Assembly (NCBI GenBank): GCA_017518295.1
Contig: JAFWVJ010000020.1
Location: forward strand, 131,320 to 195,319
Direction of reading: 5' to 3'
Origin: Clostridia bacterium
Lineage (GTDB): Bacteria; Bacillota; Clostridia; TANB77; UBA1234
Length of the DNA stretch: 64,000 bases
Both the position numbers and the translations under genes were made by a program. Shown here piece after piece: positions 47,418 through 58,730 of this stretch. How positions within the stretch are numbered: the first letter of the stretch is position 1; each line of letters opens with the position of its first letter. The notes under the pieces are model-generated. The model had not been told where the DNA came from. It saw only the letters and a program-made list of their open reading frames with translations, and searched no databases.

Positions 47418-49019
47418 TTACAGGGGATTGTCTCCATATCCACCGTCGCCATTATCAAGCGGATTCTGCTCATGCGGGATGTCTGCAACTTCTTCTACAG
47501 TTTTGTTTCCTTCGTCAGGAAGTGACTGAGGTGCAGCAGCCTGTGGTTGAGCTTGAGGTTCTGCTTGAGGCTGAGCCTGAGGTGCGGCTTTTGGAGCTGC
47601 AGCAGATTCCTGAGGTGAAGTTTCCGGAACAGCTTGGGGAGTGGCGGCCTTTGAAGTCTCGGGCTTGGCTTGCGGAGTTGCACTGCCACTAGACGATCCT
47701 AAGGGATTACCATTGCCACCGCTAGAGCTTGATCCAGAACTACTTTCGGAACTGCTACTGGACGAACCTAAGGGGTTTCCGCCGGTGTTTCCACCACTGC
47801 TTCCACTGGAACTCGAGCCACTTTCAGCACCGCCGTTGTTATTTCCAGCAAGCGGATTTCCGCCGTAACCACCATCGGTGTTGCTCGGCGGATCAACATG
47901 CAGGTCTTCAAGCGGGTTCGAACCATGACCACCATCATCGTTGCTTCCGGGCTTTTCGGCTTCAGGAGTTACCTTCGGAGTAGCAACAGGCTGAACATCC
48001 AAATCCTCGAGAGGATTGTCACCATAGCCACCATCGTCGTTATCACCAGGCCGTTCCGGTTCCGGCGTTACCACAGGTGTAGCTGTGGGTTTGTTAGTCG
48101 GCGTCGGAGTGGGGTCAGGCGTCACTACCGGTGTTGCAGTCGGCGTGGGTGTCGGCGTATTGGTAGGCGTCGGTGTCGGTGTCGGCGTATTGGTAGGCGT
48201 TGGGGTTGGCGTGGGTGTATTGGTGGGAGTCGGAGTCGGCGTGGGTGTCGGACCACCAGTCGGAGTCGGTGTAGGCGTCGGCGTAGGTCCACCAGTCGGC
48301 GTGGGCGTCGGCGTAGGTGTAGGTTCATCAGTCGGCGTCGGCGTATTCGTCGGACCAGGTGTCGGCGTCGGTGTTACTTCGGGGCCACAACCTGCTTTCC
48401 AGCAAAGCGTGAGCTCTTCAGTCTCCAGGTTATAGAAAACACCCAAGTAATCTTCAGGATTATCAGAGTGGAAATACTTGGCTACGAGTACATGCCTAGA
48501 AACATCATACTGCTGTACTTCGTGGCTTACGTATTCAGTACTATCCACAGTGATGAGCGTGTAATCAATGAGGGGGCGAGCCCACATAGTATCATACGCT
48601 CTGATGTAGTCCTGAATTTCAACAGGAAGTTGTGTAAAAGCTGTAGTTACCTCAATGTCTTTAAAAAGTACTGTTGACCGATAAAGATATACAACTTGGT
48701 TCACTCCGCCAGGATGAGGAATTGTTTTGGCGCCAGGAACGAAGTCGTATTCGGCATCTTGTACCAGGAATCCATACTTGAAACCGTGGATTGCCGGAGA
48801 AGAACCGATAAGGTCTGCAGATTCAACGAAAGTACCAGGGTCACCAGACTCTTTGTCGTAGGCGTAAACATAGCCATTGGAATTCACGTAGAGTTCTACG
48901 TACAAATCTTCCAGGGGGGGAAGAATGTCGTTACCCTGCGCTTCGGCAATAGCGGTGAATGCGAACAAACCACATACCGCTACCACCAAGGACAAAAAGA
49001 TGCCAAGAAACCTTTTCAT
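47418..49019 (-). CDS. GC-rich secreted repeat protein 3: signal peptide, ~190-aa N-domain, long PTPTPT linker, GG[YH]G[DSG]NPL repeats, Ser/Gly-rich and AQPQ low-complexity tail
   Basis: ATG at 49019 ([27 protein letters not shown]) with AAAGGAGG RBS. (TPTP)n linker of ~110 aa. DGGYGDNPL-type motif occurs 6 times. Ends …DGGYGDNPL. Foreign GC-rich codon usage. Confidence 0.65.
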   Translation of the reverse strand: MKRFLGIFLSLVVAVCGLFAFTAIAEAQGNDILPPLEDLYVELYVNSNGYVYAYDKESGDPGTFVESADLIGSSPAIHGFKYGFLVQDAEYDFVPGAKTIPHPGGVNQVVYLYRSTVLFKDIEVTTAFTQLPVEIQDYIRAYDTMWARPLIDYTLITVDSTEYVSHEVQQYDVSRHVLVAKYFHSDNPEDYLGVFYNLETEELTLCWKAGCGPEVTPTPTPGPTNTPTPTDEPTPTPTPTPTGGPTPTPTPTPTGGPTPTPTPTPTNTPTPTPTPTNTPTPTPTPTNTPTPTPTATPVVTPDPTPTPTNKPTATPVVTPEPERPGDNDDGGYGDNPLEDLDVQPVATPKVTPEAEKPGSNDDGGHGSNPLEDLHVDPPSNTDGGYGGNPLAGNNNGGAESGSSSSGSSGGNTGGNPLGSSSSSSESSSGSSSSGGNGNPLGSSSGSATPQAKPETSKAATPQAVPETSPQESAAAPKAAPQAQPQAEPQAQPQAAAPQSLPDEGNKTVEEVADIPHEQNPLDNGDGGYGDNPL

Positions 49020-49377
49020 TCTGGTATTCCTCCTTTGGTTTGTCGGTTTTTTTATTTTTTGCTTTAACCTTTTCTGAGTGGGAAAGTAATTACAATTACC
49101 CACTATAAAGTGGACAATGGATCTTGCCTTGACAAGACGCAAATCCACCTCGCCGTGGATTTGTAAAAAACTTCTCCACGCTCAATCTATTAAAGCATAG
49201 CAATTATACAATGTATTAACATAATTTTCAACACTTTTTTGAAAAAAATTAAACAATTTTTTCGCTTTTCCGTAAGGTTTTTTGGCATTTTTAAAATCAA
49301 CAAAAATTTACGTTTGAAATATAGTTGTAACACAATTGTAAAAAATGATAAAAAGGACATTTTTTTTGATTTTTAAG

Positions 49378-49408
49378 CTAAAAAAACTCCCTAAAATAGG
49401 GAGTTTTT
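49378..49408 (-). terminator. rho-independent terminator of the FtsH-like gene
   Basis: AACTCCCTAAAATAGGGAGTT with a T-run on the minus strand. Confidence 0.7.
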
Positions 49409-49483
49409 GAAATTATTATTCTTCATTTGAAGTATTGGGTTTTGCTTCTGATTTTTTAGAAACTTTTTTAACAGGTTTTTTAG

Positions 49484-50899
49484 TTACGTTTTTGGCTGGC
49501 TTTTTTTTTTGCCACGAGTAGAAGTAGTTTGCGGCTTTTTATCGCCTTCCAAAATAGCCATAACTTCTTCTTTGTAGAGAGTTTCTTTTTTGATAAGTTG
49601 TTCAGCAATAGCAATAAGTTTATCCTTATGCTCAAGCACAATTTCAGTTGCTTTAGATTCAAGTTCTATAAGCATCTCTTGAATTTTGCCATCTGCAATT
49701 GAATTAAGATACTCACTAGGAAGTACTTCTTCTTGCAAACAGATAGGTCCAAAAGTTCTATCCATGCCAAAATACTTAACATAGCTTTCGGCCAGAGTAG
49801 TGGCATTTGAAAGATCAGAAGATACACCAGATGTGTTTGTATTAAACATTATCTGTTCAGCAACCTTGCCGCCCAGGCAATGAATAATACGACCTTTAAT
49901 ATCTTCACGAGTATAAGAAAGTTTGTCTTCATCAGTTTCAGGATCAGTAAGACCCAAAGACTGAGGTCTAAATACAACTTCAACTTTACTTACTTTATAG
50001 TCAGTAGAACCATAGTAACCAGCAATAACGTGGCCTGCTTCATGGTAGGCAGTAAGACGCATTTCTTTTTCTGACATTTTGCGAATCTTATTACCAAAAG
50101 TCTCAGAATAAATCGTTGCATTAATGATTTCATAGGTGAGCTTCGGCTTGTTTTCGAGAAGACAAGAAATCCATGCCTTGTTCAAAATATCTGCAATATC
50201 GCCACCGCTGCAACCGATAAAATCACGAGCAACTTTATTAAAGTCCAAGTTTTCATCATAAGGAATATTTGCAATAAACTTTTTAATCAGCTTTTCACGA
50301 TCTTTCGGATCAGGAGAGTTGAAAGAAACTTTATTATTAAAGCCTTCAGCTCCAAAGAAAAATTGCGGATAAAAAGCAAACTGAGAAGCTGATGCAAAGA
50401 AGAAAGAACGCGGGAATGAATTCTTAATCTGACAAATCTTTGAAAGGAAAGAAGTCATCTTGCCTTCGTCAAGCATATTAGAATAATTGACATCTTTAAA
50501 AAGTACAACGCACTTATCAAACTGTGCAATAACACCTTTGAGTCCATTAACAATCTTAATTGAAAAATCCTGCAAAAGTTTTTCACTGTCAATAACGACA
50601 ATTGGAAGGTTCATTTCTTTGGCAAAAGAATAAACAGTAAGAGCCTTACCAATGCCGGAAACACCCAAAAGAAGGAAACTTGGATGATATGATCCGAGTC
50701 CTTTAATAGGCCGTTTTCTTTTTAAAAGTCTAACCATGTTTGAAAAATATTTAACAATATTAGTATTACCAATAATATCCTTAAAGAAGTTGTCATTATC
50801 TTGCGGTAGTAAAGTTTTGACTTGAATCTTTTCGACAACTTCTTCAACGCTATAAGTTTGCGTGCTCAGAAGTTCTTTAATCCGGGGAGTCTGTTTCAT
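49484..50899 (-). CDS. cytosolic FtsH-like protein: AAA+ module with degenerate Walker A/B plus M41 peptidase domain with intact HEAGH
   Basis: Start ATG 50899 (MKQTPRIKELL…) with GGAGGTG RBS. No TM segments. GVSGIGKA in place of GPPGTGKT. LFKDVN in place of IDEID. …TAYHEAGHVIAGYY… and …GCSGGDIADILNKAWI… are collinear with FtsH. Lys-rich C-terminus crosses a T10 homopolymer at 49501-49510. Confidence 0.7.
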   Translation of the reverse strand: MKQTPRIKELLSTQTYSVEEVVEKIQVKTLLPQDNDNFFKDIIGNTNIVKYFSNMVRLLKRKRPIKGLGSYHPSFLLLGVSGIGKALTVYSFAKEMNLPIVVIDSEKLLQDFSIKIVNGLKGVIAQFDKCVVLFKDVNYSNMLDEGKMTSFLSKICQIKNSFPRSFFFASASQFAFYPQFFFGAEGFNNKVSFNSPDPKDREKLIKKFIANIPYDENLDFNKVARDFIGCSGGDIADILNKAWISCLLENKPKLTYEIINATIYSETFGNKIRKMSEKEMRLTAYHEAGHVIAGYYGSTDYKVSKVEVVFRPQSLGLTDPETDEDKLSYTREDIKGRIIHCLGGKVAEQIMFNTNTSGVSSDLSNATTLAESYVKYFGMDRTFGPICLQEEVLPSEYLNSIADGKIQEMLIELESKATEIVLEHKDKLIAIAEQLIKKETLYKEEVMAILEGDKKPQTTSTRGKKKSQPKT

Positions 50900-51038
50900 A
50901 GTACACCTCCATTTTAAAAAAATATGGATTTCCACGGCGTGATTATATAACGGTGTATTAATCAATGTCAATCGGTTTTGGGCTATTTTAGAAATCTAAA
51001 AAAATGTCAATAATTGTTACAAAAATGAAACAAAAATG

Positions 51039-51067
51039 TTGACCAAAATGGAGTTCTTTGATAGAAT
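51039..51067 (+). promoter_or_regulatory. rpoB promoter TTGACC-17-TAGAAT followed by a ~235-nt leader
   Basis: Read directly from the sequence. Long leaders are typical for rpoB. Confidence 0.5.
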
Positions 51068-51302
51068 TGAAAAGATATTTTGGGGTAGGGGGATTATGCG
51101 CTTTTTTCTATGTAATAATTTCGTTACATTTAACCAAAATCTATCTCAAAAACGTAAGACAATTTAATATAGCTAAAATTTGGCATTCGTAATCTAAAGC
51201 AGCTTGAACGTCCTGATGGGAGCATTGTATAAAATTTTGCGAGTATCAACTTTAAGTCTAATTAAGTAATTAAAAAAATATTTACTGAGGTGATTTATTT
51301 TG

Positions 51303-54300
51303 ATGCGTGAAGTTAAGAACGAGAAAACTAGCAGAATGACTTTCGGCAACATTAAAGAAGTTGTCGAGATGCCAAACTTAATTCAAGTACAAAAAGACTC
51401 GTATGATTGGTTCATTAAAAAAGGCCTTAAAGAGGTATTTAATGAGTGCTTCCCAATCACAGATTATTCGGGCAAACTTGTACTTGATTTTGTTGATTAC
51501 CATTTTAACGAAGAGACCAAGTACTCTATTGAAGAAGCTAAGAGTAGAAATACTACTTATGCAACTCGTCTAAATGTTAAGGTTAGATTAATCAATAGAG
51601 AAACAGGTGAAGTTAAAGAACAAGAAATCTTCTTAGGAGATTTCCCAGTAATGACAGACTATGGTACATTCATAATCAATGGAGCAGAAAGAGTTGTAGT
51701 ATCACAACTTGTTCGTTCACCAGGTTGTTATTACGAAAAGAGCTATGACAAGCTTGGTAAGAAATTATATGCTGGTACAATCATGCCAAACAGAGGAGCA
51801 TGGCTAGAACTTGAAACTGACTCAAACGATATTTATTACATTCGTATTGATAAAGCACGTAAAGTTCCAGTTACACTTATGCTTAGAGCAATTGGTCTTT
51901 CTTCAGATTCAGAAATCTTAAGTGTTTTTGGTGATGATGAAAGAATAAATGCAACACTTGCAAAAGATACTATCAAATCTCAAGATGAAGCATTAATTGA
52001 GATTTATAGAAGATTAAGACCAGGAGAAATGCCTTCTATCGAAGCTGCTACAAATCTATTCAATGGATTATTCTATGATCCACGTCGTTATGATTTAACA
52101 AAAGTTGGTCGTTATAAATACAACGATAAATTAGCACTAGAAAAGAGAATTGAAGGAAGAGTTTCTGCAGAAAAAATTGTTAATCCAGAAACAGGAGAAC
52201 TTCTTGTTAATAAAGATGAAGTTATTTCAGCAGAAGCAGCTCATAATATTCAAGAATCAGGAATTAATAGTGTTACTGTAAAAGTTGAAGACAAACTAGT
52301 TAAAGTAATTGGTAACGGCACAGTATGGATTAATTCATTTGTAGATGTAGATGCAGAAAGCTTAGGAATAGAAGAAAGAGTTAATTATAATGTATTAAAA
52401 GAAATTTTAGATAATACAGATAATAAAGACTTATACAAAAAATTGGAAGAAAACATTGATAGACTTCTTCCAAATCACATCACAAATGAAGATATCATTG
52501 GTGCATTAAACTACTTAAACTGCTTAGATTTTGGTATAGGAAATGTAGATGATATCGACCACTTATCAAATAGACGTGTTAGATGTGTTGGTGAACTTTT
52601 ACAAAACCAAGTTAGAATTGGTATCACTCGTCTTGAAAAAGTTATTCGTGAGAGAATGGCTGTACAAGACTTAGATTCAGTTACACCACAATCTTTAATA
52701 AATATTAAACCAATAGTTTCTAGTATTCGTGAATTCTTTGGAAGTTCTCAGCTTTCACAATTCATGGACCAAAACAATCCTTTAACAGAACTTACTCATA
52801 AGAGAAGAATTTCTGCTTTGGGACCAGGTGGTCTATCTCGTGAAAGAGCTTCTTTTGAAGTTAGAGATATTCACTATTCACACTATGGAAGACTATGTCC
52901 AATTGAAAGCCCAGAAGGTCCAAACATTGGTCTTATCTGTTCACTTTCAGCATATGCTATTATCAATAAATATGGTTTTGTAGAAACACCATATAGAATA
53001 GTTGATAAAAAATCTCACAAAGTTACTGGAGAAATTAAATATTTCACAGCAGCAGGAGAAGATGACTTTATTATTGCACAAGCAAATGAACCACTTTCAG
53101 AAGATGGAAAATTCTTAAATGCAAAAGTTAAAGTTAGATACAAAAACGAATTAATGGAGGTTGATCCATCAGAAGTTGATTTAATGGATGTATCTCCTCG
53201 TCAATTAGTATCTGTTGCAGCAGCATTAATTCCATTCTTAGAATCAGATGATGCTAGACGTGCACTTATGGGATCAAACATGCAACGTCAAGCGGTTCCT
53301 CTAATTCGTACAGACCGTCCATTAGTTGGTACAGGTATGGAATTTAGAGCAGCAAAAGATTCAGGAGTTTGCGTAGTAGCAGAAAATGCTGGTACAGTTA
53401 CAAAAGTTACTGGCGACGTTATTGAAATTCAAACAAAAACTGGAGTAGATACATATAACCTAATCAAGTTTAAACGTTCAAACTCTGGTACATGTATAAA
53501 TCAAAAACCTATCGTTAAGTTAGGTGAAAAAATTAAAGCTAATCAAACTATTGCTGATGGTCCTTCAACAGATCAAGGCGAATTAGCACTTGGTAAAAAT
53601 ATTCTTATCGGTTTCATGAACTGGGAAGGTTACAACTACGAAGATGCTATTCTTATAAATGAAAGATTAGTTAAAGAAGATGTATTAACTTCTATTCATA
53701 TTTCAGAATATGATTGTGAATGTAGAGATACAAAATTAGGACCAGAAGATATTACTCGTGATATTCCAAACGTAGGTGAGGATGCATTAAAAGATCTTGA
53801 TGATAGAGGTATTATTAGAATTGGTGCAGAGGTTAGAAGCGGTGATATCTTAGTTGGTAAAGTTACTCCAAAAGGAGAAAAAGAACCAACAGCAGAAGAA
53901 AGATTACTTCGTGCTATCTTTGGTGAAAAAGCAAGAGAAGTTAGAGATACTTCTTTAAGATGTCCACATGGTGAATATGGTACTATCGTTGATGTTAAAA
54001 TATTCACTAAAGAAAATTCAGATGAATTAGGTACAGGCGTTAACGAAGTTATTCGTGTATATATTGCTCAAAAGAGAAAGATATCTGTAGGTGATAAGAT
54101 GTCTGGACGTCATGGTAATAAAGGTGTTATTTCTAGAATTCTTCCAGAAGAAGATATGCCATTCTTACCAGATGGTACTCCACTAGAAATCGTATTAAAC
54201 CCACTAGGCGTTCCTTCTCGTATGAATATTGGACAGGTGCTAGAAGTTCACTTAGGTTACGCTGCTAAAATGCTTGGTCTTCATGTTGCTACACCAGTAT

Positions 54301-55031
54301 TTGATGGTGCAAAAGATGACGACATTAAAGAGCTATTTAAGCAAGCAGGTATTCCAGAAAACGGAAAAACAATTCTATATGATGGACGTACAGGTGAACC
54401 TTTCGATAACGAAGTTACAGTTGGTGTAATGTATATGCTTAAACTTCACCACTTAGTAGATGACAAGATTCACGCACGTAGCACAGGACCTTATGCTTTA
54501 GTTACACAACAACCATTAGGTGGTAAAGCACAATTTGGTGGACAAAGATTTGGTGAAATGGAAGTTTGGGCTCTAGAAGCATATGGTGCTGCATACACAC
54601 TTCAAGAAATTCTTACTGTTAAATCAGACGATGTAGTCGGAAGAGTTAAGACCTATGAAGCTATTGTTAAAGGTGAAAATATTCCTGAACCTGGTATTCC
54701 AGAAAGCTTCAAGGTATTAGTAAAAGAACTTCAATCATTAGGATTAGATATCAAGTTATACAATAACGATGATACAAACGAGATTGAAATTAAAGAAGAT
54801 TATGATGATGAATCTGAAGAAGTTTCAAATGCTCGTAGAAATAATAATCTATCTAAAGACATGTTAATAGAAGGTGCAGATGGTGACATTATTGGAGATG
54901 AAATCGGCGGAGAATTAGATGGTTCATACGATGATGACTATGATGATGTTACAGAAGATGATTATTATGACGATGGTTATGATGATGAACCTGATGAATC
55001 AAATATAATTGAAGACGACTACAATGATTAA
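51303..55031 (+). CDS. rpoB: DNA-directed RNA polymerase subunit beta, with ~100-aa acidic C-terminal extension
   Basis: Canonical RpoB motifs throughout (e.g. …[15 protein letters not shown]…, …NMQRQAVPL…). GAGGTGA RBS. Ends in a D/E/Y-rich tail. Confidence 0.95.
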   Translation: MREVKNEKTSRMTFGNIKEVVEMPNLIQVQKDSYDWFIKKGLKEVFNECFPITDYSGKLVLDFVDYHFNEETKYSIEEAKSRNTTYATRLNVKVRLINRETGEVKEQEIFLGDFPVMTDYGTFIINGAERVVVSQLVRSPGCYYEKSYDKLGKKLYAGTIMPNRGAWLELETDSNDIYYIRIDKARKVPVTLMLRAIGLSSDSEILSVFGDDERINATLAKDTIKSQDEALIEIYRRLRPGEMPSIEAATNLFNGLFYDPRRYDLTKVGRYKYNDKLALEKRIEGRVSAEKIVNPETGELLVNKDEVISAEAAHNIQESGINSVTVKVEDKLVKVIGNGTVWINSFVDVDAESLGIEERVNYNVLKEILDNTDNKDLYKKLEENIDRLLPNHITNEDIIGALNYLNCLDFGIGNVDDIDHLSNRRVRCVGELLQNQVRIGITRLEKVIRERMAVQDLDSVTPQSLINIKPIVSSIREFFGSSQLSQFMDQNNPLTELTHKRRISALGPGGLSRERASFEVRDIHYSHYGRLCPIESPEGPNIGLICSLSAYAIINKYGFVETPYRIVDKKSHKVTGEIKYFTAAGEDDFIIAQANEPLSEDGKFLNAKVKVRYKNELMEVDPSEVDLMDVSPRQLVSVAAALIPFLESDDARRALMGSNMQRQAVPLIRTDRPLVGTGMEFRAAKDSGVCVVAENAGTVTKVTGDVIEIQTKTGVDTYNLIKFKRSNSGTCINQKPIVKLGEKIKANQTIADGPSTDQGELALGKNILIGFMNWEGYNYEDAILINERLVKEDVLTSIHISEYDCECRDTKLGPEDITRDIPNVGEDALKDLDDRGIIRIGAEVRSGDILVGKVTPKGEKEPTAEERLLRAIFGEKAREVRDTSLRCPHGEYGTIVDVKIFTKENSDELGTGVNEVIRVYIAQKRKISVGDKMSGRHGNKGVISRILPEEDMPFLPDGTPLEIVLNPLGVPSRMNIGQVLEVHLGYAAKMLGLHVATPVFDGAKDDDIKELFKQAGIPENGKTILYDGRTGEPFDNEVTVGVMYMLKLHHLVDDKIHARSTGPYALVTQQPLGGKAQFGGQRFGEMEVWALEAYGAAYTLQEILTVKSDDVVGRVKTYEAIVKGENIPEPGIPESFKVLVKELQSLGLDIKLYNNDDTNEIEIKEDYDDESEEVSNARRNNNLSKDMLIEGADGDIIGDEIGGELDGSYDDDYDDVTEDDYYDDGYDDEPDESNIIEDDYND

Positions 55032-55046
55032 GGAGGAGAATGGATA

Positions 55047-58000
55047 ATGGTAGATTTAGAAATCTTTGATAGAATAAAGATTGGTCTAGCTTCACCTGAA
55101 AAGATCAGAGAGTGGTCTAGAGGAGAAGTTAAAAAACCAGAGACAATTAATTACAGAAGTTTAAATCCAGAAAGAGATGGACTATTCTGTGAAAGAATAT
55201 TTGGTCCTACAAAAGATTGGGAATGTCATTGTGGTAAATATAAAAGAGCAAGATTTAAAGGAATCATTTGTGATAAATGTGGCGTAGAAGTTACAAAAGC
55301 AAAAGTAAGACGTGAAAGAATGGGTCACATAGAACTTGCTTGTCCTGTATCTCACATTTGGTACTTTAAAGGCATTCCATCTAGAATGGGATTAATGTTA
55401 GATATTACACCAAGAGCACTTGAAAAAGTTTTATATTTTGCTGGATACATAGTTTTAGATCCAGGTGATACAGGACTTTTAAAATGCCAAGTATTATCTG
55501 AAAAAGAATATAGAGAAGCTCAAGAAAAATATGGTGAAGATGCATTTAGAGCAGGTATGGGTGCAGAATCAATCAAAGAGCTTTTAGCAGAAATCGATGT
55601 AGAAAAATTAGCTGCTAGTTTAAGAAAAGAATTAGAAAAAGCTTCAGGTCAAAAGAAAGCTAAAATTATTAAGAGACTTGAAACAGTTGATAGCTTTAGA
55701 CTTTCAGGAAACAAACCAGAATGGATGGTTATGGATGTTATTCCAGTTATACCTCCAGATTTAAGACCTATGGTTCAATTAGATGGTGGAAGATTTGCTA
55801 CATCAGATGTTAATGATTTATATAGAAGAATCATTAATAGAAATAATAGATTAAAAAGATTATTAGAACTTGGAGCACCAGATATTATCGTTAGAAACGA
55901 GAAGAGAATGCTTCAAGAAGCAGTAGATAGTTTAATAGATAACGGAAGACGTGGAAGACCAGTTACAGGTCCTTCAAACAGATCACTTAAATCTTTATCT
56001 GACTTACTAAAAGGTAAGCAAGGTAGATTTAGACAAAACCTACTTGGTAAACGTGTTGACTATTCAGGACGTTCAGTTATTGTAGTAGGTCCAGAACTTA
56101 AGATGTATCAATGCGGACTTCCAAAAGAAATGGCTATTGAATTATTCAAACCTTTCGTAATGAAAGAATTAGTTGAAAGAGGATTAGCTCACAACATTAA
56201 AAATGCAAAGAGAATGGTAGAAAGACTTCGTCCAGAAGTTTGGGATTGCTTAGAGTATGTAATTAAGGATCATCCAGTATTACTAAACCGTGCACCTACA
56301 CTTCACAGATTAGGTATTCAAGCATTCGAACCAGTACTAGTTGAAGGTAGAGCAATCAAACTTCACCCACTAGTATGTAAAGCATTCAATGCTGACTTCG
56401 ATGGTGACCAGATGGCTGTTCACTTACCACTTTCACCAGAAGCTCAAGCAGAAGCAAGATTCTTAATGCTAGCTGCAAATAACATCTTAAAACCAGCTGA
56501 TGGTCGTCCAGTTACTCAACCATCACAAGATATGATTTTAGGTTCTTACTATCTAACAGTTACATACGATGGTAAGAAAGGTGAAGGCATGGTATTTAAA
56601 GATTTTGAAGAAGCTCATATGGCTTTTGCAAATCACGATATCGAAATGCATTCAAAGATAAAAGTTAGAGTATCAAAAGTAATTGATGGTGTTGAACATC
56701 ATAAATTAATTGATACAACAATTGGTAGAATTATCTTCAACGAAATCATTCCACAAGATCTAGGTTACGTTGATAGAGAAAATCCAGAAACAATGTTTGA
56801 CTTAGAAGTTAACTTTGTTGTTGGAAGTAAAAATGTTGGTGATATTATTTCTAGAACAATTGAAAAACACGATTTATCTCGTACAGCTCAATTACTAGAT
56901 GATATCAAGACATTAGGTTATAAATATTCTACACTTGCAGGTTTAACATTCTCTGTTGCTGATGTTGTTGTTCCATCAACAAAACCACAACTTCTAAAAG
57001 AAGCTGATGAAAAAGTTGATACAATTACAAAGCAATATAGAAGAGGTTTGTTATCAGATAAAGAAAGACATGATGCTGTTGAAAAAGTTTGGCTATCTAC
57101 AACTGAACAAGTTGGTAATGATATGATCAAATGCTTCACAGAAGAAAACCCAATTTATATCATGGCTACATCTGGTGCCCGTGGTAATATCAAACAGTTA
57201 CGTCAGGTTGCAGGTATGAGAGGTCTTCTTGCGGATACATCTGGTAAAACAGTTGAAATCCCAATTAGATCATCATTTAGAGAAGGTCTAGACGTTCTTG
57301 AATACTTCATTTCTGCCCATGGTGCTAGAAAGGGTCTAGTTGATACAGCGCTTCGTACAGCTGACTCTGGTTACTTAACAAGAAGACTAGTTGATGTATC
57401 ACAAGATATTATCGTAAGAGAAGATGACTGTGGTACAGATGAAGGTATCTATGTAAGCGAAATTTCTGATGGTAATTCAGTAGTTGAAAGCTTAAAAGAT
57501 AGATTATATGGAAGATATACAGCAGAAGATGTTAAAGATCCAGTTAGTGGAGAAGTAATTGTTCCAAGAAATACATTCTTAACAGATGAACATTCAAAGA
57601 GAATTACTGATGCTGGTATTAAGCAAGTTAAGATTAGAACATTATTAACTTGTAAAGCAGAAAAAGGTGTTTGCTGCAAGTGTTATGGTAATGACTTAGC
57701 AGCACGTGGTAAAGATGTTAACATTGGTGAAGCAGTAGGTATCATTGCAGCTCAATCAATTGGTGAGCCAGGTACACAGCTTACCATGCAGACATTCCAC
57801 CAAGGTGGTATTGCTGGTGGAGATATCACACAAGGTCTTCCTAGAGTTGAGGAGCTATTTGAAGCTCGTAAACCAAAGGGACTTGCAATTATTTCAGATA
57901 TTCCTGGTGTAGTTAAGATAGAAGATTCAAAGAAGAAGAGAGAAGTTGTAGTAACAAGCGATGAAGGCGAACAAAAGACATACTTAATTCCATTTGGTTC

Positions 58001-58628
58001 TAGATTAACAGTTCATGACGGAGATAGATTAGAAGCTGGTGATGTTATCACAGAAGGTTCTATTTATCCACAAGATATCATGCGTATTAAAGGCGCTGAT
58101 GGAGTTGAAAGATACATCGTTTCTGAAGTACAAAAAGTTTATAGAAGCCAAGGTGTTGATATCAACGACCGTCATATCGAAGCAATTGTACGTCAAATGC
58201 TTAGAAAAGTTAGAGTTGAAAATGCTGGAGACACAGATATGCTTCCAGGTACATTAGTAGACTACAACAAATTTGTTAGAGAAAATGAAGAAGTAGAAGC
58301 TAAAGGTTTAAGACCTGCTGAAGGAAAGAGATTACTTCTAGGTATTACAAAAGCATCTCTTGCTACAGATTCATTCTTATCTGCTGCATCATTCCAAGAA
58401 ACTACAAGAGTTCTTACAGAAGCAGCAATCAAAGGTAAGGTTGATCCACTTCTTGGACTTAAAGAAAACGTTATCATTGGTAAGTTAATACCAGCTGGTA
58501 CAGGACTTCTTAAGTATAGAGAAATGCAACCATACAATACAGAGACAAACGTACCTACACAAAAAACAGTTCCTGAACAAATTACAATCACAGATGATTA
58601 CGAGATACCAGGAGTTGCAACTAAATAA
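55047..58628 (+). CDS. rpoC: DNA-directed RNA polymerase subunit beta-prime
   Basis: Zinc-binding [20 protein letters not shown] and the catalytic [12 protein letters not shown] motif. Confidence 0.95.
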   Translation: MVDLEIFDRIKIGLASPEKIREWSRGEVKKPETINYRSLNPERDGLFCERIFGPTKDWECHCGKYKRARFKGIICDKCGVEVTKAKVRRERMGHIELACPVSHIWYFKGIPSRMGLMLDITPRALEKVLYFAGYIVLDPGDTGLLKCQVLSEKEYREAQEKYGEDAFRAGMGAESIKELLAEIDVEKLAASLRKELEKASGQKKAKIIKRLETVDSFRLSGNKPEWMVMDVIPVIPPDLRPMVQLDGGRFATSDVNDLYRRIINRNNRLKRLLELGAPDIIVRNEKRMLQEAVDSLIDNGRRGRPVTGPSNRSLKSLSDLLKGKQGRFRQNLLGKRVDYSGRSVIVVGPELKMYQCGLPKEMAIELFKPFVMKELVERGLAHNIKNAKRMVERLRPEVWDCLEYVIKDHPVLLNRAPTLHRLGIQAFEPVLVEGRAIKLHPLVCKAFNADFDGDQMAVHLPLSPEAQAEARFLMLAANNILKPADGRPVTQPSQDMILGSYYLTVTYDGKKGEGMVFKDFEEAHMAFANHDIEMHSKIKVRVSKVIDGVEHHKLIDTTIGRIIFNEIIPQDLGYVDRENPETMFDLEVNFVVGSKNVGDIISRTIEKHDLSRTAQLLDDIKTLGYKYSTLAGLTFSVADVVVPSTKPQLLKEADEKVDTITKQYRRGLLSDKERHDAVEKVWLSTTEQVGNDMIKCFTEENPIYIMATSGARGNIKQLRQVAGMRGLLADTSGKTVEIPIRSSFREGLDVLEYFISAHGARKGLVDTALRTADSGYLTRRLVDVSQDIIVREDDCGTDEGIYVSEISDGNSVVESLKDRLYGRYTAEDVKDPVSGEVIVPRNTFLTDEHSKRITDAGIKQVKIRTLLTCKAEKGVCCKCYGNDLAARGKDVNIGEAVGIIAAQSIGEPGTQLTMQTFHQGGIAGGDITQGLPRVEELFEARKPKGLAIISDIPGVVKIEDSKKKREVVVTSDEGEQKTYLIPFGSRLTVHDGDRLEAGDVITEGSIYPQDIMRIKGADGVERYIVSEVQKVYRSQGVDINDRHIEAIVRQMLRKVRVENAGDTDMLPGTLVDYNKFVRENEEVEAKGLRPAEGKRLLLGITKASLATDSFLSAASFQETTRVLTEAAIKGKVDPLLGLKENVIIGKLIPAGTGLLKYREMQPYNTETNVPTQKTVPEQITITDDYEIPGVATK

Positions 58629-58634
58629 TAATAA

Positions 58635-58669
58635 TAAAGTCACCTTAATATTTAAGGTGACTTTTTTTA
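58635..58669 (+). terminator. rho-independent terminator of rpoBC
   Basis: AAAGTCACCTTAATATTTAAGGTGACTTT plus a T-run. Confidence 0.8.
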
Positions 58670-58730
58670 TTTCTAAATTGTATTTATAATATGATATAAT
58701 TTGATTGTAGAATTTAGAGGAGGTATATTC

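Noticed and set aside
47641-48677. Several + strand ORFs (75-259 aa, Arg/Cys-rich or poly-GV) antisense to GC-rich gene 3
   Set aside because: Spurious reading of the complementary strand of the PTPT-linker and Gly-rich repeat coding DNA.
36321-49480. Surface-protein island as prophage or mobile element
   Set aside because: No integrase, transposase, terminase or capsid-like ORFs were found. Boundaries are ordinary terminators. The only foreign-looking components are the three GC-rich secreted-protein genes.
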